From Squalus acanthias (lineage: Eukaryota), in contig CM059425.1 in assembly GCA_030390025.1 (NCBI GenBank), positions 168,022,001 through 168,086,000 of the forward strand: 64,000 bases of DNA, in the 5' to 3' direction. This document shows positions 26,232 through 36,727 of the stretch, in pieces. Each line of letters begins with the position of its first letter. Position 1 is the stretch's first letter. Below the pieces are notes generated by a model. The model had not been told where the DNA came from. It worked only from the letters and a program-made list of their open reading frames with translations, and did not search any database. Position numbers and translations under genes: made by a program.

Positions 26232-26848
26232 GGGGGTAAGCATTGGGTAGCGCCCTATCTTCGCAGCGCCCCCAAAAAGTTAGCGCCCCCGCGGCCGATT
26301 TCCCCAGGTAGCGCCCCGAGAGGGAGGAGGGGCGCTACTGGAAGCACCCCACATCCCTCTTGGGGCGCTGCGAGCCAATATCGCAGCGCTACTGCAGGCC
26401 TTCCTCCCCTTATTAAAGGGGAGGGGCCTGGCGCAGCACGTCCCGGCGCCCAGCTGGGCCACCAGGGATCGGGAGTGCCGGCAAATGAGCCCGGCACTCA
26501 AGAGGAGTGCCTGGCTCATGGAGAGCAGCTGGCACCCCGCAGGGGGGCTTCACGGGGGCCGGGGACGGCAACGGGGTCAGGTGCTGGCAGGTGGCCAGCA
26601 ACAAAAATGGCCGCCCGCCACCTCCCCCTTAACTAGCGCTGCCCCGGCCGCAGGTAGGCCCCCCGACCCCGGCGGAGATAGCGTCCGGTGGTAAGTCGGG
26701 GGGAACCACCCAATATTGCGAGCGGGGCGCTGCGCATGGCGATGACGTCATCGCCGGCGGCACAGCGCCGCTAACGGTTAGCGCCGCCGCTAACCTCCCG
26801 CTGAATTTCACACTAACAGGAGGCACAAATCAAACGAATTTAGCCCCC
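26232..26848. mobile_element. GC-rich Harbinger-type MITE family M1a
   Basis: Collinear with 23305-24019; ggggg...aatttagccccc ends; TSD cta/tag. Confidence 0.88.
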
Positions 26849-27152
26849 TAGAAATTTAAATGACGCAGCATCCGTTTTTCGGGTAAACACCGACGCAGAC
26901 TGATTGGCCGGTTTCCGGGTTGTAACTTTTATGTATCAATGGATTTCTATGTATTTAATTTCCTTCGCTGCAGTCATTTTTTTTAAGAAATATTTCTCAG
27001 CTTGACCTTTAAAAATGAGTTAGCTCCTCTGGAGCCACCATCATAAAACACTGTTAGTGACTATTAAAGAAACATTGCTGAATAAGCTGAAGCGCATGGC
27101 TCTTGTTAACTTCTTACAGCATTTAAATACCATCTTGATTTAACTTTAGGAA

Positions 27153-27369
27153 CCGATAGTGGCCATGATGCGGAGATGCCGGTGTTGGACTGGGGTGGAC
27201 AAAAGTGAGAAGTCGCACAACACCAGGTTATAGTCCAACAGCTTTATTTGAAATCACAAGCTTTCGGAGCGCTGCTCCTTCTCACCTGACGAAGGGGCAG
27301 CAGCTCCGAAAGCTTGTGATTTCAAATAAAACTGTTGGACTATAACCTGGTGTTGTGCGACTTCTCACT
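27153..27369. mobile_element. Penelope-like element, inverted pLTR pair (family P2)
   Basis: ~81-bp inverted arms (27201-27281 / 27291-27372); TSD tttaactttaggaa at 27139-27152 and 27370-27383; HHR motif at the centre. Confidence 0.85.
27282..27319 (+). ncRNA. Minimal type I hammerhead ribozyme motif
   Basis: tcac-CTGACGA-a-ggggc agca gctcc-GAAA-gctt-gtga: stem I tcac/gtga, 5-bp stem II with one G-U, palindromic AAGCTT in place of stem III. Confidence 0.75.
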
Positions 27370-27824
27370 TTTAACTTTAGGAAGACTGTTAAGTTTCGGT
27401 GTCCCAACCTTTGCAGCAATACAAGAAACAAGAAAAGGTACCAAACAAAAATGGAAGGCTGATGAAGGGGTATTTACATGCAGCAGACATATTGTTGATC
27501 TTCGCATCCTGATGTCTCTTTGCTCTCCTGGAAGCTAATGTAAACATTTTGTGCCAACTTTCCTATAACACCTGGACCGTCTATGCAAACACTGATGTGT
27601 TCCAGACACAGCATTCAGAAGATATGCGCATACTTTTTCACAGTGAACAGCTCACTCCACTGTAAGCACCTTTTACTGTTTAGTTTGTAGAAATCTAATA
27701 CCGCATGCATCGTCCAAACTCTAATACGATAGCAAAATACTGCGGATGCTGGGAATCCGAAATAACAACAGAAAACGCTGGAAAAACTCAGCAGGCCAGG
27801 CAGCATCCGTGGAGAGAGAAAGAG

Positions 27825-27861
27825 AGTTAACGTTTCAGGTCGATGACCTTTCATCAGAACT
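27825..27861 (-). ncRNA. Minimal type I hammerhead ribozyme motif (downstream copy)
   Basis: Minus strand agtt-CTGATGA-a-aggtc atc gacct-GAAA-cgtt-aact: stem I agtt/aact, stem II aggtc/gacct, palindromic AACGTT. Confidence 0.78.
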
Positions 27862-28196
27862 GGGAAGAGCCGGAAATCAAATAGATTTAAGGCCAGGGTA
27901 AAGCTGGGAAAAGGGGGAGGGGATAAAGGAACAAAGGGGGAGATGAAGAGACATTAAGCAAACACGAGAAGGGAAACTGAAATCAATGAAGATGAACAAG
28001 GTTGAAGAGCCAAACGAAAATCCCGTCGAAGAGAAGAGCAGAACTTCTTCAAGGTAGGCATTCCAAGAAGAGAGGTGGCAGTGAACCAAACACTAATACG
28101 ATAGCAAAATACTGCGGATGCTGGGAATCCGAAATAACAACAGAAAACGCTGGAAAAACTCAGCAGGCCAGGCAGCATCCGTGGAGAGAGAAAGAG

Positions 28197-28233
28197 AGTT
28201 AACGTTTCAGGTCGATGACCTTTCATCAGAACT
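28197..28233 (-). ncRNA. Minimal type I hammerhead ribozyme motif (upstream copy)
   Basis: Identical to 27825-27861. Confidence 0.78.
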
Positions 28234-29153
28234 GGGAAGAGCCGGAAATCAAATAGATTCCAACTCTAATGCTGCTATTAGCATCTGATGGTGGGCTGAG
28301 CTTCGTTTATACAGATGCTGTGCCTATCTCACATACTAAGTGACAGATGCATTATGTGGAGTGATAGTCAGCCACTGAGTGGTGACGCTTTTTGGCTATT
28401 TTGGCTCATTTCTAATTACTCATGTCCAAACATTAGGCACTAATAAGATAGCTCAAATTGTAATAAAAATTAACATCAGTCTGCACAGTTGATAATCCAA
28501 GCTCAACGATAATCCTCTGCACTCAGCATTTAAACAAATATTGAAAAACAAAACAGCAATTCTTCCCACTCCTTATACATTATATGAGAATGAATTTCTT
28601 TGATTTTCTTTCCCTGCCCTAATATCAATACACATCTATAATGGGAAACTGGAAGCGCGAGAGCATGGCGTCTCCAATCTTTCCTTCCATCCTGTGTGAA
28701 AGACCCTGTGGACAGTCCCTACTTTACAGGTGTTTCCTGCTCTGTGCTCACGTTTACTTTCATTAGAATTAGAAGTGGAGTAAGACTTTATTGGCTGCAC
28801 GGGTAATGAGACAAGTAACGGTTATTTGCAATATCAAGTCCTCAGCATGTGTAAAGATCATTCCCAGTTGGTTGAGGGTGATAGAATCATTTAGGCCACG
28901 ATTTCGCCAGCCGTGGCGAGCCCGGTGCGGCTGGAGTAGACAGCGGCCTCCTCCAAGTGATTTTGCCCTGATTGGGCCTGTTAAGTCCGCCCTGTGAGGT
29001 TCCCGGCCAATTAAAAGGAAGTGGGTCTGATGACGTCATCTGATGGCACGACATCAGCTGGTTTCCTTAAAGGGGCCATGTCCACATTCATTTTGACAGT
29101 TGTGCTGTCAGTGTTCTACATTCTACAGCACTGAGGTGCTGCAAACACCGACA

Positions 29154-29393
29154 ATCACTGCACGAAGGTACACGGCTGCACCCAGGCTCTCCCATGACTC
29201 CCTCCATATGCTTATGGAGGGAGTCACAGCACGCAGGGAGGTTCTCTTCCCTTCCCATGAGCGGTAGAGACCTCCCCAGGACACCAACACAGCCTGGTTG
29301 CACATTGCACAGGAGGGCACAAGCAGGGATGTCGTCAGGAGTCCCTGGCTGCAGTGACGCAAACCTTTCAATGATCTCAGTAGATCACAAAAC
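29154..29393 (+). pseudogene. Myb/SANT-like exon 1 of Harbinger, with stops
   Basis: AAPRLSHDSLHMLMEGVTARREVLFP..AWLHIAQE..RSPWLQ*RKPFNDL, in a frame different from the 511-aa track ORF. Confidence 0.75.
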
Positions 29394-29533
29394 GTTACTG
29401 CAAAGCCACACTCAACCTCATCCGCCTGTGCCACTCATCACATCCCCAGCACTCTGCCTTCCCTACCCTACTCCTGCACATCCTTACTCACACCAACTTA
29501 CCTTGCACCTCCACCCATCCCTCTCTCTCAATC

Positions 29534-30969
29534 CTACGAAGGGGAAGTCATGTTTGACAAATTTGCTGGAGTTCTTTGAGGAAGTAACATATAGAGTGGA
29601 TAAAGGGGAACCAGTGGACGTAGTGTATTTAGACTTCCAAAAGGCATTTGACAAGGTGCCACACAAAAGATTATTGCTTAAGGTAAAAAATCACGGGATT
29701 GGGGGTAATATTCTGGCATGGATAGAGGATTGGCTATCTAACAGAAAGCAAAGAGTTGGGATAAGTGGTTCATTCTCAGACTGGCAATCAGTAACTAGTG
29801 GTGTTCCACAGGGGTCAGTGCTGGGTCCCCAACTCTTCACAATCTATATTAACGATTTGGAGGAAGGGACCAAGTGTAACATATCAAAATTTGCAGATGA
29901 TACAAAGATGGGAGGGAAAGTAGTGAGTGAGGAGGACATAAAAAACCTGCAAGGGGACATAGACAGGCTAAGTAAGTGGGCAGAGATTTGGCAGATGGAA
30001 TACAACACTGGAAAGTGTGAGGTGATGCACTTTGGCAGGAAAAATCCTAGAGCAATTTATTATCTTAATGGCAAGAAACTGGAGAGTACTGAAGTGCAAA
30101 GGGATCTGGGGGTCCTGGTGCACGAAACTCAAAAGGTTAGTATGCAGGTGCAGCAAGTGATTAAGAAGGCAAATGGAATGTTGGCTTTCATTGCTAGGGG
30201 GATAGAATATAAAAATAGGGAGGTATTGCTTCAGTTGTACAAGGTATTGGTGAGACCGCACCTGGAATACTGCATACAGTTTTGGTGTCCTTACTTAAGG
30301 AAAGACATCCTTGCTCTCGAGGCAGTGCAAAAAAGGTTCACTCGGTTAATCCCGGGGATGAGGGGGTGGTCATATGAGGAGAGGTTGGGTAGATTGGGAC
30401 TCTACTCATTGGAGTTCAGAAGAATGAGAGGCGATCTTATTGAAACATATAAGATTGTGAAGGGGTTGGATCGGGTGGATGCGGGGAGGATGTTCCCGAT
30501 GACGGGTGAGACGAGAACTAGGGGACATAGTCTTAGAATAAGGGGCTGCTCTTTCAAAACTGAGATGAGGAGGAACTACTTCACTCAGAGGGTGGTAGGT
30601 CCATGGAATATGCTGCCACAAAAAGCTGTAGAAGCTACAACATTAATTAAATTAAAAAAAGAAATAGACAGTTTCCTAGAAGTAAAGGGCATTAAGGGTT
30701 ACGGGCAGCGGGCAGGAATTTGGACATGAGTCTAGGTTCGGATCGGTCATGGCCCTGTGGGTAGTGGAGCGGGCCCAGGGACTGTGTAGCCTGATTCTGC
30801 TCCTATTTCGTGTGTGCAATTCTGTTAGATGCAGGAGATGGTTCTGTGATAGATAGTAGATTGGCGGTTAGGATCAGATCAGCCATGATCTTATTGAATG
30901 GCGGAGCAGGCTCGAGGGGCCGATTGGCCTACTCCTGCTCCTATTTCTTATGTTATGTTCTTATGTTCT
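29534..30969 (+). mobile_element. Young 5'-truncated CR1 LINE with uninterrupted RT and C-terminal frame
   Basis: KGKSCLTNLLEFFE..GVPQGSVLGP..FADDTK..LVRPHLEYC open to 30729; (ttcttatg)-type tail; probable short TSD aatc (29530-29533, 30970-30973). Confidence 0.95.
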
Positions 30970-32879
30970 AATCTATATTATCACTTCCCCATCTCACTGA
31001 CCAACCCTCACACTCACCCTCATCCTAGTCCAATCATACCAACTAACAACACACAAGGGTAGACACTTGGGTGTTTTAGCCAATGTTCGTGTAAACTTTC
31101 TGTTAATGTGTTGTCAAGCATTGAAATCCTTATTGTCACCACTTTGCCTTCTTGGACAGATCTGTGTGCACCTTTGAAAGTATCTTAGTGAGTTCCAGTG
31201 AATGGTGAGACATAACATCCCCCCACCCCCAATGGTGCTGAGTGTGAAAGGAATGGCTTGGACATTGTCGGGATGCTTTGTGGTGCTGGTGTGGGATGGT
31301 GCCAACCTGGTGCATCATGTGGCAGCCAGGGTGTGCAGTGTTAAGTGAAGCAAACCTGGACATGGTGAGGCAATCGCTGGTGTGCTGGGCAGCAATGTGC
31401 ATGGGTGATGATGCCCTGTGTCCAGTGCAGCATCAGTTGATTGCGGAGAAGTTTAGTGTGGATGTTGGTGCTGCTGGTGTGCCCGGTGATGCTGGTGTTG
31501 GGGCTGATCGTTTTGGGATTCTGAGGATCTAGGTGAGATTTTTTCAAGGACACCAATGCTGATGGAATGGATGGCAGGTGAGATTGAGATGACAGAAGTA
31601 ATCTGTCAATGTTGAGATAGGTTGATCCAAGGAGGTGACAGTGGATAGAGAGATTACTCCAAACACTTCAAAGTGCATAAAGCTCAAAAGTGGGTTCCAA
31701 ATCATTAATGCTCCAGCTTCTAAGATTGGGAAGTGAACAGCTGTGAAATGGTAGGTTTTATACCACTTTTGCAGCTTTCACCTATTCACAGCAATCCACA
31801 GTCATTGAGAACACAACATACTTACCTGACGTGATAGCCGCTCTCTGGGAACCTCATTGAAAACCTGGTAAAATGGTAAGTACTTGGGAAAATGGTTCTT
31901 AACTACCTTTTAATAAGCTTTTAACTATCTAAATTGACTGACCCGCCACTTGGGGTAGGGTCTGTTCAGGGATGACAGACCCAACACTTGGGAAACTGAC
32001 AAGGAGGCGGGTTTACAGCGGGATTCCGACCCGCTGTCAATCTTTGTGATTTTGACAGCAGACCCACCTCCAAACTTGCACTCTGAGTACCGGCAAAATT
32101 CAGCCCTTATAATCAGTATTGTGACATCTCTCACAAGTGCCAATCTTCTCAACTGCCTGCTCAGTCAAGACCTATTCAATACCTAATGCAATTCTACAGG
32201 GAATAAATCTTCAGTAAGATATGCTACAATTTAGAGGTAGGGAGTGTGTGGATAAGTATGCCAGGTATTAAATTCCCTGAAATCTTTTGGGCTACAATGT
32301 AGTACAGGAGTACTATTTCTAACCAGTGTAAGCCGTGTTATAGAAACATGATTGCTAGACTAAATTCAGCTGCCTTTATTACTGGTGTAGAATATCCGTG
32401 CTGCTGTCTTTGCACCCTGTATTTGAAATTCTTTTCATTGACTCATGGGCCTTAGAACCGTGCCATCTATACTGCCAGCGAGATGTTGGTAGCATCCCTT
32501 TACATAAATATACTACAAGCCGATGCAAAGGTTCACCCCAACATGTTTGTCTTGGAGATTAGAATGTGGCTTTACACTCTGCCATATGCTGAGTTTCCAT
32601 TCATAGCTGCAGTGTGTGTGGGGGTCTCGAGCAGAGGGACTTCCCCATAGAGAAGGGAAATCAAATTATTCCAAGCTGCTTTCATGGACTTCCTACTAGC
32701 TGGTTTGTGGAATTGATAGAGCCTGGGAGCAGACTGCCTGGCCACCCACGCGATCATTTATTACATTTGGCACAGGAGGGCCAAGAAGGATAGACTTGAA
32801 GAAAAATTCCCTTAAGAAGAGCAAGAAAAAGTAATATATTTTTACATTTACAGATGCTTTACCTTGATAGATCACTGAC

Positions 32880-34072
32880 TCATAGAAATTACAGCACAGG
32901 AGAAGGCCATTCGGCCCATGTGCCTACCAGAGCTAACTCTTCAAATACTACTCCAATCCAGTTTCCCTGCTCTTTCCCCATATGCTTTTATATTCACCCT
33001 TTTAAATAATTTTAAATTATATTATAGTCTCTGTCTCAATAATTCCATGCGTGGTAAAGCATTTCATGTCCTAATAACTCTCTCTGTGAAAAGGTTTCTT
33101 CCAACTTTCTCCATAATTCTTCTTAAGTGGTAAATGTCAATCTTTTCCCCTTGGTTACCAATTGGCCCAACAGTAGGACAATCATTCCCTGTTTATCCTC
33201 TCAAAACCTTCCAAAATTTTGAAATCCTCTAATTGATCTCCCTTCTCTGTCCAGTGAAAAAAGTCACAAATTTTCAATCTTTTCTTCATAACTATAACCT
33301 CTCATTCACAGAATCACAGAATCCCCACAGTGCAGATAGAGGCCATTTCGGCCCATCAAGCCTGCACCGACACATATCCCACCCTATCCCCGTAACCCCA
33401 CGTATTTAATCCCCCTAACACTGAGGGTCAATTTATCATAGCCAAATCAACCTAACCCGCACATCTTTGGACTGTGGGAGGAAACTGGAGCACCCGGAGG
33501 AAACCCACGCAGACACGGGGAGAATGTGCAAACTCCACACAGACAGTCACCCGAGGCCGGATTCGAACCCGGGTCCCTGGCGCTGTGAGGCAACAGTGCT
33601 AACCACTATGCCACCATGTCCCGCTAATTCCTGGCATAATTCTACTGAATCTTCATTATATCCTTTCGACGAATCTAATATCCTTCTTACATTGGGCTGC
33701 CCTGAACTGTGCACAATAGTCCAACTGTGACCTAACCAACATCTTGTACAAATTCAAGACCATATCATCATTTTTATATTCAGTGCTCAGAATCCCTTTT
33801 TTATTACATTTTTAAAATCTACATTCCTATCTTTAAAAATCTATGCAACCACACATCAAGATCCCTCTATTCCACCACTCTGTTTAAATCTTACCATCTA
33901 GGCTATGCTCCCTTTCACTTCTATTTTTCCAAAATGTGCTTTTTCATATTTCTATACATTAAACTGCATCTGCCACCTAGCTGCTCACTCCACCAACTTA
34001 TCTGCGTCCTCCACAATCTCCTACATTCTTCACCACAAGTGCCCGTGTCATCTAAAATGGTATCATCAGCGA
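32880..34072 (-). mobile_element. Old, highly decayed CR1 3' portion (interrupted by HE1 SINE)
   Basis: catagaaattacagcacaggagaaggccattcggccc tail; NFADDT remnant near 34065; degenerate LVRSQLDYCAQF. Confidence 0.7.
33306..33623 (-). mobile_element. HE1-like V-SINE (tRNA-derived, CR1-type tail)
   Basis: Head ggtggcatagtggttagcactg...ccgggttcgaatcc (Pol III A/B boxes), V-domain gtctgtgtggagtttgcacattctccccgtgtctgcgtgggtttcctccggg, tail (attctgtg)n. Confidence 0.9.
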
Positions 34073-36194
34073 AGTTTGATGTTATTCCTTCTGACAAAGG
34101 ATTCCACAAAACACTAACCTATCTTTTCCCTATTTAGCGCATGTATTTCCAGAATTTTCTGTTTTATTTCAGATATCTGGCATTCACAATATTTTTCAAA
34201 TCTCCATTTGATCATTTTTGTTTATTTTTGTATTTTTCGGTTATAGTTATTTATGATTGTGTAGCTGGGATTCCAATTCTAGCAATCAAATGCAGGCCTG
34301 TATGTCTATCCTGACAGGTGGGGGAACGAGTGAAACTAGTGCTCGGGACTGTGTGGTATCACCTCATCTTTACTTCTTGATTCAGCTCATTTGTTCTCCT
34401 ACTCATTTCACCCTACGCGGTAACATGCACTATGGTCTTTGGATCTTAACTAGATATCGCAATTAAAAGTAGAATACTTACTCCATTGAAAAAAACAATT
34501 TCCTGTCTTACTGGGTGAATCAGAGGTACTGCTCATTACAAAACCTCATAAACTGGACTGCATTTGTTTGGTTGTGTAAGTAGTTCAATTCCATGGAGGC
34601 AGTAAAATTAAAACTTGAATTAACTCAAAGATCCATCCATATTAAATACATTCATCCATCGCGTAGAGCCAATAAACATAGTGCAACAAAGCATACCAAG
34701 GAAAAACATCCCTGCTTGACAAAGAATTGTGATCTAATGCCACATCAACAAGCACTTGTTAACAACACACAAGGGACCATTCAAAACCAATATAAAGCTC
34801 CAATTCAGTAAATGACGTATGAAGAATGCAAATGCTGTTGTAAAATCAAGAAGTTAACCAGCATCTATCTTAATTGGTACTATAACAAAACCCTTCCAGA
34901 GAACAACAAAATCAAGGAATCTTCAATTTAGGAATGATGATACATAAATAAGTGCTTTCATGTCGAAGTTAACACATTCTGCTAGGACTTAAGTTCAATT
35001 CCTAAGTGGAAGTGCTCTACTTTTAACACCTAGTTATACTATACATCTAAACCCCATTCACTGTGTTTTTTAGGTAAGGCTGCATAGGTAACAGATTTAA
35101 AGAAAGGGTATGAATGTAACTGTGAGCAGAATCAGTTCCTGCAACTGCTAGAACCGGTACCTGCTTTGACGAAGTACTTTTACAATTTTACTGTAAGCAT
35201 TCGCTTTCTTCTTCCTACAAAGTCTCGCCATGACATGCATCTGCTCCAGCCAAAAGGACAGCCTGGCACCTGCTCTGAAACCTATTATATAACGTGTTAG
35301 TAGAGGGTTAACCGCCCTCCAATTTTACCTCCCTCACTATGCAAAAGCACCTAGGCTCTAGTCATCAAGACAGCATGGTCAAACCGATCTCCTCCCACTC
35401 CAACACTGTCACCATCACCATTTTCTGGTTAACTCCAGACAGAACCACAAATTGAGAACTTGCATTTTCAGAAAGGGAAATATTGTGCTACCACAGCACC
35501 TGTGCTCATCTTTCTGACAGCCTCCCTATAACATCTCAGGGAATCTGAACTGCAGCAAACATTGACACCTGGAAGATAAAACGCACTTATTACATCTGTC
35601 TTGCTGACAGCCCCCGCCCCCACCCCACCCCACAAAGAACTGTGAAGGTGCTTTTATGTTTGACAATATTTGATTAAGCGCATGATGGAATTTATGTAAG
35701 GTTGCTGCCAAATACCATCATCTTGCATAACGTGTTTCAACTATTCTCCATTCTGCCAGGCGCATTCTTTTTTGACTTGACAGTGCAGCTGAATATGTTC
35801 ACAATCAAAATTTTCCTTTTAGTGAAAACTGTTCACTACCAGATTGATGGAGTAGGCGGCTGTCTGGTGCACTTGCTTTCATCCTGAATATGTATGTACA
35901 GGCAATTTTTCACTGTTTCAGAGAAGTCTTTAGAATCTTGTAAATTACTTTCACCTGGTGCATCTCCACTATGCTGCAATCCTGCCTGGGGCAGAGTTTA
36001 TTGATGCTCTCTGATATTCTCCTTTCTTCAGAAAATGTCAGAGTTTGAAAAGAAACCTGTGCCACTGAGATGGTAGTTGCAGGTTTACGGTTTGACCCGA
36101 TCTGAACTCAGCTACGCAAGTAAAGCTAATACGATTATTCTCCAGATGAAGAGCCTCCCTAATCATTTGATCGATGCTTCATATCAAAGAAATG

Positions 36195-36465
36195 ACCAAC
36201 AAAAGGCACTATTTTGAAGAAGAGCAGGAGAATTCTCCCCGGTGTCCTGCCCAATATTTATCCCTCAACCAACATAATTTAAAATAGATTATCTGATCAT
36301 TATCTCATTGCTGTTTGTGGAACCTTGCTGTGCACAAATTGGCTACTGCGTTTCCTACATTACAAGTGACTACAGTTCAAAAGTATTTAATTGGCTGTAA
36401 AGTGCGTTGGGACGTCCTAAGGTCATGAAATGTTCTATATAAATGCAAGTCTTTCTTTCTTTCCT
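36195..36465 (+). mobile_element. SacSINE1-like SINE, Deu core and tail
   Basis: ggcactattttgaagaagagcagg..ccctcaaccaacat..tatataaatgcaagtctttctttc. Confidence 0.85.
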
Positions 36466-36727
36466 TAAAGGCAAGGAAGCAAAAAGGGGAAATGGAAGAA
36501 TAGACATAAACAGATATATTTGGACATTCAGCATGATCAATCAGAACAATGGCTAGAGCATCAAGATACGGGATACTGTGGTAATGACAGAGTAAATATG
36601 TGTGCGATAAATTCAAAATTGGTGCCATGCCGCAGTTCAGTGACAATATTGCAGTCTTAGACACACAAAACGGTTATCACAAAATACATTGAAAACTCTT
36701 TGTTAATGGAAAGACCCATTTTAAGTT

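Larger units (their letters stand above)
27726..28259 (-). mobile_element. Non-autonomous Penelope-like / retrozyme-like element (family P1), 372-bp period
   Basis: Identical 167-bp direct repeats 27721-27887 and 28093-28259; HHR in each; TSD aactctaat (27717-27725, 28262-28270); no RT or GIY-YIG ORF. Confidence 0.85.
28894..32106 (+). mobile_element. Non-autonomous PIF/Harbinger element interrupted by CR1
   Basis: Canonical TTA TSD (28891-28893, 32107-32109); imperfect TIRs ggccacgatttcgcc / ggcaaaattcagccc; Myb-like exon; inverted homologue at ~51430-53633. Confidence 0.85.

Noticed and set aside
23305..26848. CpG-island promoters
   Set aside because: The GC-rich blocks coincide exactly with TIR/TSD-bounded MITEs.
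27615..28226. Duplicated small ORFs MKGHRPETLTL...
   Set aside because: They are translations of the HHR/pLTR repeat, with no sign of coding function.
27721..28259. LTR retrotransposon or TRIM
   Set aside because: Repeats lack TG..CA ends and a primer-binding site, the TSD exceeds 6 bp, and the HHR points to PLE origin.
33540..33623. tRNA genes (also ~36730, ~6700, ~11500, ~46750)
   Set aside because: These are tRNA-derived SINE heads continuous with SINE bodies.
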